In this document: positions 1 to 7,810 of the stretch, piece after piece
Position numbering within the stretch: position 1 is the stretch's first letter
Layout: each line of letters begins with the position of its first letter
NCBI GenBank assembly: GCA_046724395.1
Contig: JBKOWM010000002.1
Coordinates: 1 to 62,593 of the forward strand
DNA from: Actinomycetota bacterium
GTDB lineage: Bacteria; Actinomycetota; UBA4738; HRBIN12
Length of the DNA stretch: 62,593 bases
Direction: 5' to 3'
Translations under genes and position numbers: made by a program
Notes under the pieces: generated by a model
Database searches by the model: none
Told to the model about the DNA's origin: nothing
The model's input: only the letters and a program-made list of their open reading frames with translations

Positions 1-105
1 GTTCGCGGACGGCGCGCCGACGAAGGCGGATGTCTGCAACGCGACGACCGCGCCAACGATCAGCGCCGCTCGACGGGCACCAAGCCCCGTCGCGAGAAGA
101 CTCAA
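1..105 (-). CDS. 5' end of an exported protein (partial, runs off the window start)
   Basis: Minus-strand TTG at 103-105 is preceded by GAGGGGAGGGG. Hand translation gives MSLLATGLGARRAALIVGAVVALQTSAFVGAPSAN, which has a basic n-region and hydrophobic core like a Sec signal peptide. Only 35 codons are visible. Confidence 0.3.
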   Translation of the reverse strand, partial: MSLLATGLGARRAALIVGAVVALQTSAFVGAPSAN

Positions 106-235
106 CACCCCTCCCCTCGTGCGACGATGGTTGACGTCCCAACTCCGTGGGCCGTTCCCAGCGTTCGCCGAAACCCGCCAAGGGTGCACTAGTGCGGGAT
201 CTCCCGCAACTGCCAGTCGGGGGTCGGTGAGGGCC

Positions 236-1867
236 CTACGCGGGAGCGAGAGCCGCGTCGACGGTCTCGGTCCTGACCAGCGAGAGATCGACCGAATAGA
301 GGGTCGCCTGGTCCTCCCAGAAGCGCAGGACGAGGTCGAAGCGGCCGGCCTGCGCCAGTTTCTTCGCGAGGCGGGAATCGTCCCCCGCTGGCCATTCGAC
401 GAGCGTGTACGTGCCGGAGAACGCGTAGACGGTCGTTCCGTCGTCGGGGTTGGTGAGGGCCGCCAGCGCCCCCGTGCCCTCGTATCGGTACCGGCCGTTC
501 TCCGTGTCGAGGATCAGCCAGAGTGTTGCGGTCCCGTCCACGCCCTCCGCAGATCCGAAGTACCGGGCCTGAACCGAGATCGGGTTGAGGACGCCGAGGC
601 TGCCGCTCGCCGTCTGGTTGAAGAAGACGCTGTCACCCGCCGTGCCGGAAACCTTGGTCGAGCTCAGCTCCGCGAGCGACGCGGTCTTGCCCATCATGGA
701 GAACTGCATCGCCCAGTCCGGCGCCGGCGGGGGCGGCGCGGGCGACGTCGTCTCCGTCGGCGCGGGCGTCGGGCTGACGTCGGTCGCCTCCGTGGTGGTC
801 GACGTTTCGGACGTCGCATCCGTCGGCTGGACGACCGGCTCGGAGGTGGCCGGCTTCGCGTTCTTCGGTTCCTTCTCGGTCGTCCGCTTCGGCTCCCGGT
901 CGCGCGCCGGCCTTCGAGCCGGCTCGACGACCACGTTCTTCGAGTCGTGCTCCTTCGGGGCCGGCGACTCGGCGGACGGCACGACGACGACTTCGCGGTG
1001 ACGGTCACGAGTCGGCTCCCGGTCCTTGTCGATGCGGTCGCGCAGGGTCACGGCGCCGACGGAGACCGTCGTGGCCATCGCGATGGCGACCGCGGCCGCG
1101 GCGACTCGCTCGCCGGCGTTCACGACCGTCGTGGAGACGACCGGACTTGCGGCGGCACTCCCGCCGCTCGCCGCGGCCTCGCCGGCCGATCCGATCAGGC
1201 GGCGAACCGAGTCCGGAAGCCGAAGCGGCGCGAGCAGGATCGGAACGATGGCCGCCAGGCCGCGCCGGTCGCCATCCCAAACGCGGCGGAACGCGACCTT
1301 CGCCCGATGGATCAGGGCCTTCGCCTGCTTGGGCGTGATGTCGAGGGCCTCCGCGATCTCCTCGTGGGAGCGACCTTCGAACTCGCGCAGGACGAGCGCG
1401 CGGCGGTGATGTGGCGGCAACGCGTCGAGCGCGGCGTTGACGCGAGCCCGCTCGAGCTTGCGCTCGACGATGGTCTCGGGGGCGCGATCCTCGAGGTCGA
1501 CGGTTTCGTGCGCGTCGTCGATGGGGAGGTGGGCTACCGGACGCCGCTGCCGCGCGCGGACGATGTCGAGGCAGACGTTCGTGGCGATCCGGGCGACCCA
1601 CGGTTGCACCATGTAGCGACCGTTGAACCGCGGGAGACCCTGATAGACCCGAAGCATGGTCTCCTGCGTTGCCTCGTCGGCGTCCTCGGCGTTTCGCAGG
1701 ATGCCCTGACACACGCGGCGGGCGAGCCCCGAGTACCGACGATGGATCTCCTCGAACGCTCGATCCGAGTTACCGGCCTGGAAATCGAGCACGAGAAAGC
1801 GATCGTCGAGGTCCGCATACGTCCCTCGTCCGCCGCTTTCCCGAACTTCTTCCAGGCGTGTGGCCAA
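236..1867 (-). CDS. ECF-type sigma-70 factor fused to a TM segment, a Pro/Thr/Glu/Lys-rich linker and a C-terminal extracytoplasmic domain of about 170 aa
   Basis: 543-aa ORF. Region 2-like DEATQETMLRVYQGLPRFNGRYMVQPWVARIATNVCLDIVR. Region 4-like LPPHHRRALVLREFEGRSHEEIAEALDITPKQAKALIHRAKVAFRR. Then hydrophobic VAAAAVAIAMATTVSVGAVTL, a low-complexity PT-rich linker and a beta-rich tail. Confidence 0.85.
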   Translation of the reverse strand: MATRLEEVRESGGRGTYADLDDRFLVLDFQAGNSDRAFEEIHRRYSGLARRVCQGILRNAEDADEATQETMLRVYQGLPRFNGRYMVQPWVARIATNVCLDIVRARQRRPVAHLPIDDAHETVDLEDRAPETIVERKLERARVNAALDALPPHHRRALVLREFEGRSHEEIAEALDITPKQAKALIHRAKVAFRRVWDGDRRGLAAIVPILLAPLRLPDSVRRLIGSAGEAAASGGSAAASPVVSTTVVNAGERVAAAAVAIAMATTVSVGAVTLRDRIDKDREPTRDRHREVVVVPSAESPAPKEHDSKNVVVEPARRPARDREPKRTTEKEPKNAKPATSEPVVQPTDATSETSTTTEATDVSPTPAPTETTSPAPPPPAPDWAMQFSMMGKTASLAELSSTKVSGTAGDSVFFNQTASGSLGVLNPISVQARYFGSAEGVDGTATLWLILDTENGRYRYEGTGALAALTNPDDGTTVYAFSGTYTLVEWPAGDDSRLAKKLAQAGRFDLVLRFWEDQATLYSVDLSLVRTETVDAALAPA

Positions 1868-2091
1868 AGAACACCCCTACAACGCTTAACGACGAACGAG
1901 GGCCGTGGTTGCGTCGACAACCCGGGACGATCGGCTGTTTTGCCGCAGCCTTTTGCCTCCCCCCCTAAAGGCGGAGCTTATAACACAGGGACGCAACGTG
2001 GAAGTCATGGGTTCCCGCACATCATCGGCAGCCTCATGCGGCCGACTGAACCCCCGTTGCGACTTTCTAACCCCATATCGGTCCGCACCGA

Positions 2092-2120
2092 CACGACTTG
2101 GTGCCGCCACGACTTGGTGC
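2092..2120. repeat. Perfect 13-bp tandem direct repeat CACGACTTGGTGC, two copies with 16-bp spacing
   Basis: Copy 1 is 2092-2104 and copy 2 is 2108-2120, read directly from the sequence. It lies in the 335-bp gap upstream of the sigma-factor gene. Confidence 0.9.
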
Positions 2121-2202
2121 ACCAGGAGGGAGGAAGCCGAGTGAGGCGTTCCGAGGTCGTACTGAGGGTCGTTGCGACGGCCGCTGCGGGTTCGGAGGCG
2201 GG

Positions 2203-2478
2203 CTACGGGCGGAACAGCCCGAGAGCGTGCTGTCCGGCGTCCTCGGAGTCGTAGACCTGGATGATGGCGTTGGGGATGCGCCGGAGCTCGGTGGCTCGCC
2301 GGTACGTCGTCCGCACAAGCACCGCATGAGGGACTCGATCGACGACCTCGGCCTCGAGCTCCGCCTCCGTCAGGTCGACGATCTCGTCGACGATGTCGCC
2401 GATCGCGAGCACCCAGCGTTCTTGATCCGTGAGGTTCCGCATGTGTGTAGGGCAACTATCCGATAGCGGGATGATCAT
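2203..2478 (-). CDS. Small acidic hypothetical protein (start may be the internal ATG at 2442)
   Basis: 91-aa ORF. From MRNLTDQERWVLAIGDIVDEIVDLTEAELEAEVVD onward the third codon positions are strongly G/C. I recognise no family and see no clear SD at either start. Confidence 0.5.
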   Translation of the reverse strand: MIIPLSDSCPTHMRNLTDQERWVLAIGDIVDEIVDLTEAELEAEVVDRVPHAVLVRTTYRRATELRRIPNAIIQVYDSEDAGQHALGLFRP

Positions 2479-2654
2479 GCCTATCCACAGAAGGCACCAT
2501 CGTCGCCTCCCCCGTTCGCGCCGAAGGGCAGCTCAGACGAACTACGTCCGCGGCATCGGGCGCCCGCCGCTCGATCCCCACAGTGACCCATATTCGCCCC
2601 CTAGTGCCTTTAGCCGTAGATACAACGCAGTTGCCTCACGTACCTTTGAGCGCC

Positions 2655-3731
2655 ATGCGAGCTCCGAATGCCCGCGGAGCCGGCGCAACCGCACGTCCCC
2701 CCCGCACTGCGGCAGCGCTGCTCGTCGTCATCTTGCTGGCGATTACGCCGGCCGGATCGGCGCTGGGCGCCCCCCCCGACGCGCTGCACCATGCTCGGGA
2801 GGAGCTCCGCGACACCAAGGCGCTCATTCGCGCTCGCGCTGCCAAGCTCCGCCTCCTGCAGAAACGGATGAACAGGCTGGCGACACGCATCGGACACAAC
2901 GAAAACCAGATCAACCACACCGTCGAACGCATCCATCAAGTGCAAGGGGAGATCGGGCCTCTCGAGCGTCGCCTCAGGCGTCTGAGCGAGCGACTGGCGC
3001 AGCGCTCGCGACAGGCGTACATGATGGGACCGGCGACGCCCATGATGTACCTGCTCACCGCGACGTCGGCCGTCGATGCGGCCAACCGGATCGGTCTGCT
3101 CGAGGAGATGAACCGGCGCGACGTCGTCCTGGCCGACGAGGTCGCGTCCGTCCGCGACCGGCTGGATGTTCGCCGGACGCAGCTACAGCGCTTCACGTGG
3201 TATCTGGCCAGCGTGCGCGCGGAACTGCAGGACGACCAACAGGCGCTCGAGGCGCTCATGGCGAGGGCCCAGACCGTGCTCTCCAAGCTCCGGACGCACA
3301 AGGAAGTCGTGCTCCAGAAGATCTCGATGATCCGACCGTTCGCGGTCTGCCCGGTCGGCGATCCGCACGCAGTCGGCGACGATTTCGGGATCTGGGTTCA
3401 CAAGCCGAAGAAGTGGGGCGGGGACCACATCCACGAGGGCAACGACATCATGGCTCCCGAGGGCACGCCGATCTACGCGCCGTTCGACGGGGTCGCGTTC
3501 GAATCGACGAACCACATCGGCGGGACGTCCGTGAGCGTCAAGGGGGAATACGGCTACGTCTACAACGCGCACCTTTCTCGACTCGGACAGCTCGGACCGG
3601 TGCAGACGGGCGACGTGATCGGCTACGTCGGTCACACGGGCGACACGAGTGCCAGCCACGACCACTTCGAGTGGCACCCGAACAACGGCCCGGCCGTCGA
3701 CCCGAACGACTTCCTCATGCTCGTCTGCTGA
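2655..3731 (+). CDS. Secreted M23 (LytM-type) metallopeptidase with an N-terminal coiled-coil region
   Basis: Catalytic region HEGNDIMAPEGTPIYAPFDG...GHTGDTSASHDHFEWH. Signal-like MRAPNARG...LLVVILLAITPAGSALGA begins at the ATG at 2655, so the ORF-track start at 2583 is probably too long. Confidence 0.88.
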   Translation: MRAPNARGAGATARPPRTAAALLVVILLAITPAGSALGAPPDALHHAREELRDTKALIRARAAKLRLLQKRMNRLATRIGHNENQINHTVERIHQVQGEIGPLERRLRRLSERLAQRSRQAYMMGPATPMMYLLTATSAVDAANRIGLLEEMNRRDVVLADEVASVRDRLDVRRTQLQRFTWYLASVRAELQDDQQALEALMARAQTVLSKLRTHKEVVLQKISMIRPFAVCPVGDPHAVGDDFGIWVHKPKKWGGDHIHEGNDIMAPEGTPIYAPFDGVAFESTNHIGGTSVSVKGEYGYVYNAHLSRLGQLGPVQTGDVIGYVGHTGDTSASHDHFEWHPNNGPAVDPNDFLMLVC

Positions 3732-5889
3732 GCGGGCGAGCGTCCGCCAGGCGCTCGACGTCCTCCAGGTACCGCAGCAGCATCGCGGAGTGCGCCACGA
3801 GGTTGATCCCGCTCCGGCGGACGAGCCGCGACCCGATCGGCCTTGCCGTATTGACGATCTCCTCCCAGATGCCGCCGCCCTCCAGACGCGGCAGCGCGAA
3901 GAGCCGGGAGCGGCTGCCGCCGTTGAGCAACAGCAGCAGTGTGTCGCCGAAGACCGGGCGGCCGCGTTCGTTGACCTCGTCGGTCGCGCGGCCCGGAAGC
4001 AACATCCCAAGAACCCGCATCTCGGCCTCCGACCAGTCGGCATCGCGCATCTCCGCACCGTCTGGGCGCAGCCACGTGACGTCCTTCACGCCGCCGTCCT
4101 CCGAGACGCTTCGTCCCTTGAAGAAGGACCGCCGCCGAAGCACGGGGTTCTCGCGGACGATTCGCAGACAGTGGCGCGTGAACGCGAGCAGCTCCCGCTG
4201 CTCGTTGTCGAGATCCCAGTGCACCCAGCTGATTTCGTTGTCCTGTGAGTAGGCGTTGTTGTTGCCTCGCTGCGTTCGGCCTATCTCGTCGCCCGCGAGC
4301 AGCATCCGAACGCCCTGGGAGAACATCAGCGTCGCGAGCAAATTCCGTTTCATCCGCTCGCGGATCGCGGTGACGCGCGGGTTGTCTGTCGGGCCGTCGA
4401 CACCCCAGTCCCGACTGAAGTTCTCTTCGGCGCCGTCGCGGTTGTCCTCCCCGTTGGCGGCGTTGTGCTTGCCCTCGTACGAGACGAGATCGTTCAGGGT
4501 GAACCCGTCGTGGGCGGTCACGAAGTTCACGGTGGCGTACGTGTTGCGCCCCGAGGCCTCGTACAGATCGCTCGAGCCCGTCAACCGGTACGCGAGCTCG
4601 GGCAGCTGCCCACGATCCTCGCGCCAGAACCGTCGGACGTTGTCCCGGAACCTTCCGTTCCACTCGGCCCAGCCCACCGGGAAGTTCCCGACCTGATAGC
4701 CGCCCGGCCCAACGTCCCACGGCTCGGCGATCAGCTTGGCCTGTGAGAGCGTCGGATCCTGCTGCATGATGTCGAAGAAGGCCGACAGTCGGTCGACCTC
4801 ATAGAGCTCGCGCGCCAGCACGGGCGCCAGGTCGAACCGGAACCCGTCGACATGCAGGTCGGTGACCCAATATCGGAGAGAGTCCATGATCAGCTGGATC
4901 GTTCGCGGATGCAGCATGTTGAGGCTGTTGCCGGTGCCGGTGAAGTCCGTGTAGTAGCGCCCGTCTTCGGGTGCGAGCCGGTAGAACGCCGCGTTGTCCA
5001 CGCCGCGCAGGGACAGCGTCGGACCCAGGTGGTTTCCCTCGGCGGTGTGATTGTAGACCACGTCGAGGATCACCTCGATCCCGGCACGGTGCATCGCCTT
5101 GACCATCGACTTGAACTCGTGGACCTGCCGACCGGTTCCGGCGGTCGCGTAGCCGACGTGCGGCGCGAGGAACCCGATCGTGTTGTAGCCCCAATAGTTG
5201 GACAGCCCGCGCTCGACGAGACGGCGCTCGGACACGAACTGGTGGACCGGCAGCAGCTCGATCGCCGTCACGCCGAGCGAGAGCAGGTGCTCGACGATCG
5301 GATCGAACGCCAGGGCCGTGTACGTTCCGCGGACCTCGGGCGGGATGGCGGGATGCATCATCGTCAGGCCCCGCACGTGAGCCTCGTAGATGACGGTTCG
5401 GTTCCATGGCGTGTTCGGCTTGCGGTCGTCGCCCCATGTGAACGCTGGGTCGATCACGACGGACTTCGGCACGCACGGAGCGCTGTCTCGGTCGTCGAAG
5501 GACAGGTCCTCGGCCGGGTCGCCGATCCGGTAGCCGTACACCGCGTCGTCCCACTCCACCGAGCCCGTGATGGCCTTGGCGTAGGGGTCGATCAGCAGTT
5601 TGTTGGGGTTGAAGCGGTGCCCCGCGTGCGGCTCGTACGGCCCGTGAACGCGATAGCCGTACAGCTGCCCCGGCCGGACGTCGGGCAGGTACGCGTGCCA
5701 GATGAGGTCGGTGCGGGTCGTGAGCGCGATGCGGTGCGACTCGGCTCCCGCCCGGGCGGGGTCGTACAGGCACAGCTCGACGGCCGTCGCGTGCTCCGAG
5801 AACAACGAGAAGTTGACGCCCTCGCCGTCCCAGATCGCGCCCTGCGGGTACGGCTGGCCAGGCCAGATCCGAAGCTGCTGCGTTGTCAC
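3715..5889 (-). CDS. glgX: Glycogen debranching enzyme GlgX (GH13)
   Basis: 724 aa. N-terminus PYPQGAIWDGEGVNFSLFSEHA. GH13 motifs VDGFRFDLAPVL, LIAEPWDVGPGGYQVGNFP and FVTAHDGFTLNDLVSY. Confidence 0.95.
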   Translation of the reverse strand: MTTQQLRIWPGQPYPQGAIWDGEGVNFSLFSEHATAVELCLYDPARAGAESHRIALTTRTDLIWHAYLPDVRPGQLYGYRVHGPYEPHAGHRFNPNKLLIDPYAKAITGSVEWDDAVYGYRIGDPAEDLSFDDRDSAPCVPKSVVIDPAFTWGDDRKPNTPWNRTVIYEAHVRGLTMMHPAIPPEVRGTYTALAFDPIVEHLLSLGVTAIELLPVHQFVSERRLVERGLSNYWGYNTIGFLAPHVGYATAGTGRQVHEFKSMVKAMHRAGIEVILDVVYNHTAEGNHLGPTLSLRGVDNAAFYRLAPEDGRYYTDFTGTGNSLNMLHPRTIQLIMDSLRYWVTDLHVDGFRFDLAPVLARELYEVDRLSAFFDIMQQDPTLSQAKLIAEPWDVGPGGYQVGNFPVGWAEWNGRFRDNVRRFWREDRGQLPELAYRLTGSSDLYEASGRNTYATVNFVTAHDGFTLNDLVSYEGKHNAANGEDNRDGAEENFSRDWGVDGPTDNPRVTAIRERMKRNLLATLMFSQGVRMLLAGDEIGRTQRGNNNAYSQDNEISWVHWDLDNEQRELLAFTRHCLRIVRENPVLRRRSFFKGRSVSEDGGVKDVTWLRPDGAEMRDADWSEAEMRVLGMLLPGRATDEVNERGRPVFGDTLLLLLNGGSRSRLFALPRLEGGGIWEEIVNTARPIGSRLVRRSGINLVAHSAMLLRYLEDVERLADARPLSRRA

Positions 5890-5899
5890 GCGGCGGGCC

Positions 5900-7810
5900 T
5901 CATCTCGGCGCCGACTCGTCGGGCGCCAGGAACACGCAGCCGAGCGGCGGCACGCGCAGCTCGAGGCTCTGCCCCCGCCCGTGCGCGCCCGGCGCGCCGG
6001 CCTGGAGCGATCCGGCGTTCACGACACCGCTGCCGAAGTAGGCCTCGGAATCCGAGCTGAGGATCTCCCGCCACGCGCCGCCGCACGGGACGCCGAGACG
6101 GAACGCCTCGTGCGTGACGGGCGTGAAGTTCGCGATGAAGACAACGGCGTCCCGCTCGTCGACGCCTCGGCGCGCGAACGACAAGACGCTCTGGCCGCGG
6201 TTACCGGCGTCGATCCATTCGAAGCCGCGGGGGTCAACATCGAAGGCGTGCATCGCGGGGATGTCGCGGTACACGCGGTTGAGATCGCGGACCCATCGAC
6301 GCACGCCCTCGTGCTCGTCGTAGCGCAGGAGCCCCCAGTCCACCGAACCGTCGTGATCCCACTCCCACGGCTGGCCGATCTCGGCGCCCATGAACAGGAG
6401 CTTCTTGCCGCTCTGCCCGTACTGATAGCCGATCAACAGCCGCAGGTTGGCGAGCTGCTGCCACCGGTCCCCCGGCATCTTGCGAAGCAGGGAGCCCTTG
6501 CCGTGGACGACCTCGTCGTGCGAGAGCGGGAGCACGAAGTTCTCGTGCCACGCGTAGACCTGCCGGAACGTGAGCTCGTCGTGGTGGTACCGGCGATGAA
6601 CCGGATCGCGCCGCAGGTATCCCAGCGTGTCGTGCATCCAGCCCATGTCCCACTTCAGGCCGAACCCGAGCCCGCCGACGTCGGTCGGGCGCGAGACCAT
6701 CGGCCAAGCCGTCGATTCCTCGGCCAGGGTCTGGACGTCGGGGAACTCCGCGTACACCCGTGCGTTCAGGTGCCGCAGGAACCCGATCGCGTCCAGATTC
6801 TCCCGGCCGCCGTACTCGTTCGGCAGCCACTCGCCGTCCTCGCGCGAGTAGTCGAGGTACAGCATCGATGCCACCGCATCCACGCGCAGCCCGTCGACGT
6901 GGTATGCGTCCAGCCAGAACGTCGCGCTGGACGTCAGAAAGCTCTGAACCTCGCGGCGTCCGTAGTTGAAGATCAGCGTGTTCCAGTCGGGGTGATAGCC
7001 GCGGCGACGGTCGGCATGCTCGAACAGGTGCGTCCCGTCGAAGTACGCGAGGCCGTGCTCGTCGGACGGGAAGTGCGACGGGACCCAGTCGAGGATGACG
7101 CCGATCCCCGCGCGGTGCAGCGCGTCGATAAGCGCCATGAGATCCTGCGGTGTGCCGAAGCGGCTCGTCGGCGCAAAGTAGCCCGTTGTTTGGTAACCCC
7201 ACGAGCCCGCGAACGGATGCTCCATAACGGGCAGCAGTTCGACGTGCGTGAATCCCATCTCGACGACGTGCTCGGTCAGGCGCTCGGCGAGCTCGCGGTA
7301 CGTGAGCCAGCGTCCGCCGTCGGCGCGCATCCACGATCCCACGTGGAGCTCGTAGATCGACATCGGCGCCGAGAGGGCGTTGCGGCTGCGTCGGCTCGCC
7401 ATCCAGTCGGCGTCGTCCCAGTCGTACGACAGATCCCAGACGATCGAACCCGTCCGCGGCGGCGTCTCGGCATGGAAGGCGAACGGATCGGCCTTGTCGA
7501 CGCGGTATCCGCCCCACCTTGACCGGATGTGGAACTTGTATATGGTCCCCGGCAGCATGCCCGGCATGAACCGCGCCCAGATGCCGGAGCTCTCGACCGG
7601 CTCCAGGGCGTCGGCGTCCGGGTTCCAGCCGTTGAAGTCGCCGATCACGCTCACGCGCTCGGCGTTCGGCGCCCACACGGCGAGCGATGCGCCGTCCGGC
7701 GCGGCGTGCACGCCCATCTTCTGCCACAGCCGCGTGTGGGTGCCCTCGTTGAACAGGTAGACGTCGTCGGACGACAGCGCCGACGACGTTCGCGCGTTGA
7801 CAGCGCTCAA
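5900..7810 (-). CDS. glgB: 1,4-alpha-glucan branching enzyme GlgB (short N-terminus form, about 636 aa)
   Basis: Motifs GVILDWVPSHF, VDGLRVDAVASMLYLDY, LAEESTAWP and LPLSHDEVVHGK. TTG at 7808-7810 overlaps the malQ TGA (TTGA). The rest of the 1001-aa ORF upstream is Arg/Pro/Gly-rich and overlaps malQ. Confidence 0.88.
   Translation of the reverse strand: MSAVNARTSSALSSDDVYLFNEGTHTRLWQKMGVHAAPDGASLAVWAPNAERVSVIGDFNGWNPDADALEPVESSGIWARFMPGMLPGTIYKFHIRSRWGGYRVDKADPFAFHAETPPRTGSIVWDLSYDWDDADWMASRRSRNALSAPMSIYELHVGSWMRADGGRWLTYRELAERLTEHVVEMGFTHVELLPVMEHPFAGSWGYQTTGYFAPTSRFGTPQDLMALIDALHRAGIGVILDWVPSHFPSDEHGLAYFDGTHLFEHADRRRGYHPDWNTLIFNYGRREVQSFLTSSATFWLDAYHVDGLRVDAVASMLYLDYSREDGEWLPNEYGGRENLDAIGFLRHLNARVYAEFPDVQTLAEESTAWPMVSRPTDVGGLGFGLKWDMGWMHDTLGYLRRDPVHRRYHHDELTFRQVYAWHENFVLPLSHDEVVHGKGSLLRKMPGDRWQQLANLRLLIGYQYGQSGKKLLFMGAEIGQPWEWDHDGSVDWGLLRYDEHEGVRRWVRDLNRVYRDIPAMHAFDVDPRGFEWIDAGNRGQSVLSFARRGVDERDAVVFIANFTPVTHEAFRLGVPCGGAWREILSSDSEAYFGSGVVNAGSLQAGAPGAHGRGQSLELRVPPLGCVFLAPDESAPR

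Noticed and set aside
1868-1960. Possible ECF-type promoter (GCAACC-N16-CGTT) upstream of the sigma-fusion gene
   Set aside because: It is only a loose resemblance to GGAAC-N16/17-CGTT-type promoters. There is no transcription-start information and the match is easily produced by chance in GC-rich sequence.
119-2254. 711-aa plus-strand ORF, the longest ORF at the left end
   Set aside because: It is extremely Arg/Gly/Pro/Asp-rich with no recognisable motif. It lies antisense to the sigma-factor ORF, which has clear region 2 and region 4 motifs. This is a typical shadow ORF in GC-rich DNA.
2141-2254. 38-codon plus-strand ORF (VRRSEVVLRVVATAAAGSE...) behind a very strong AGGAGGGAGGAAG
   Set aside because: It overlaps the 3' end of the convergent 2203-2478 ORF, has weaker G/C third-position bias, and has no motif. 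I cannot support it as a gene, though the SD-like element is noted under the repeat finding.
2479-2654. Possible c-di-AMP (ydaO-type) riboswitch upstream of the M23 peptidase gene and the yabE-like gene (43091-43198)
   Set aside because: I looked because cell-wall hydrolase genes often carry it. I could not find the conserved ydaO sequence blocks by eye, and the yabE leader (108 nt) is short for that motif. Only the SD-sequestering hairpin is reported.
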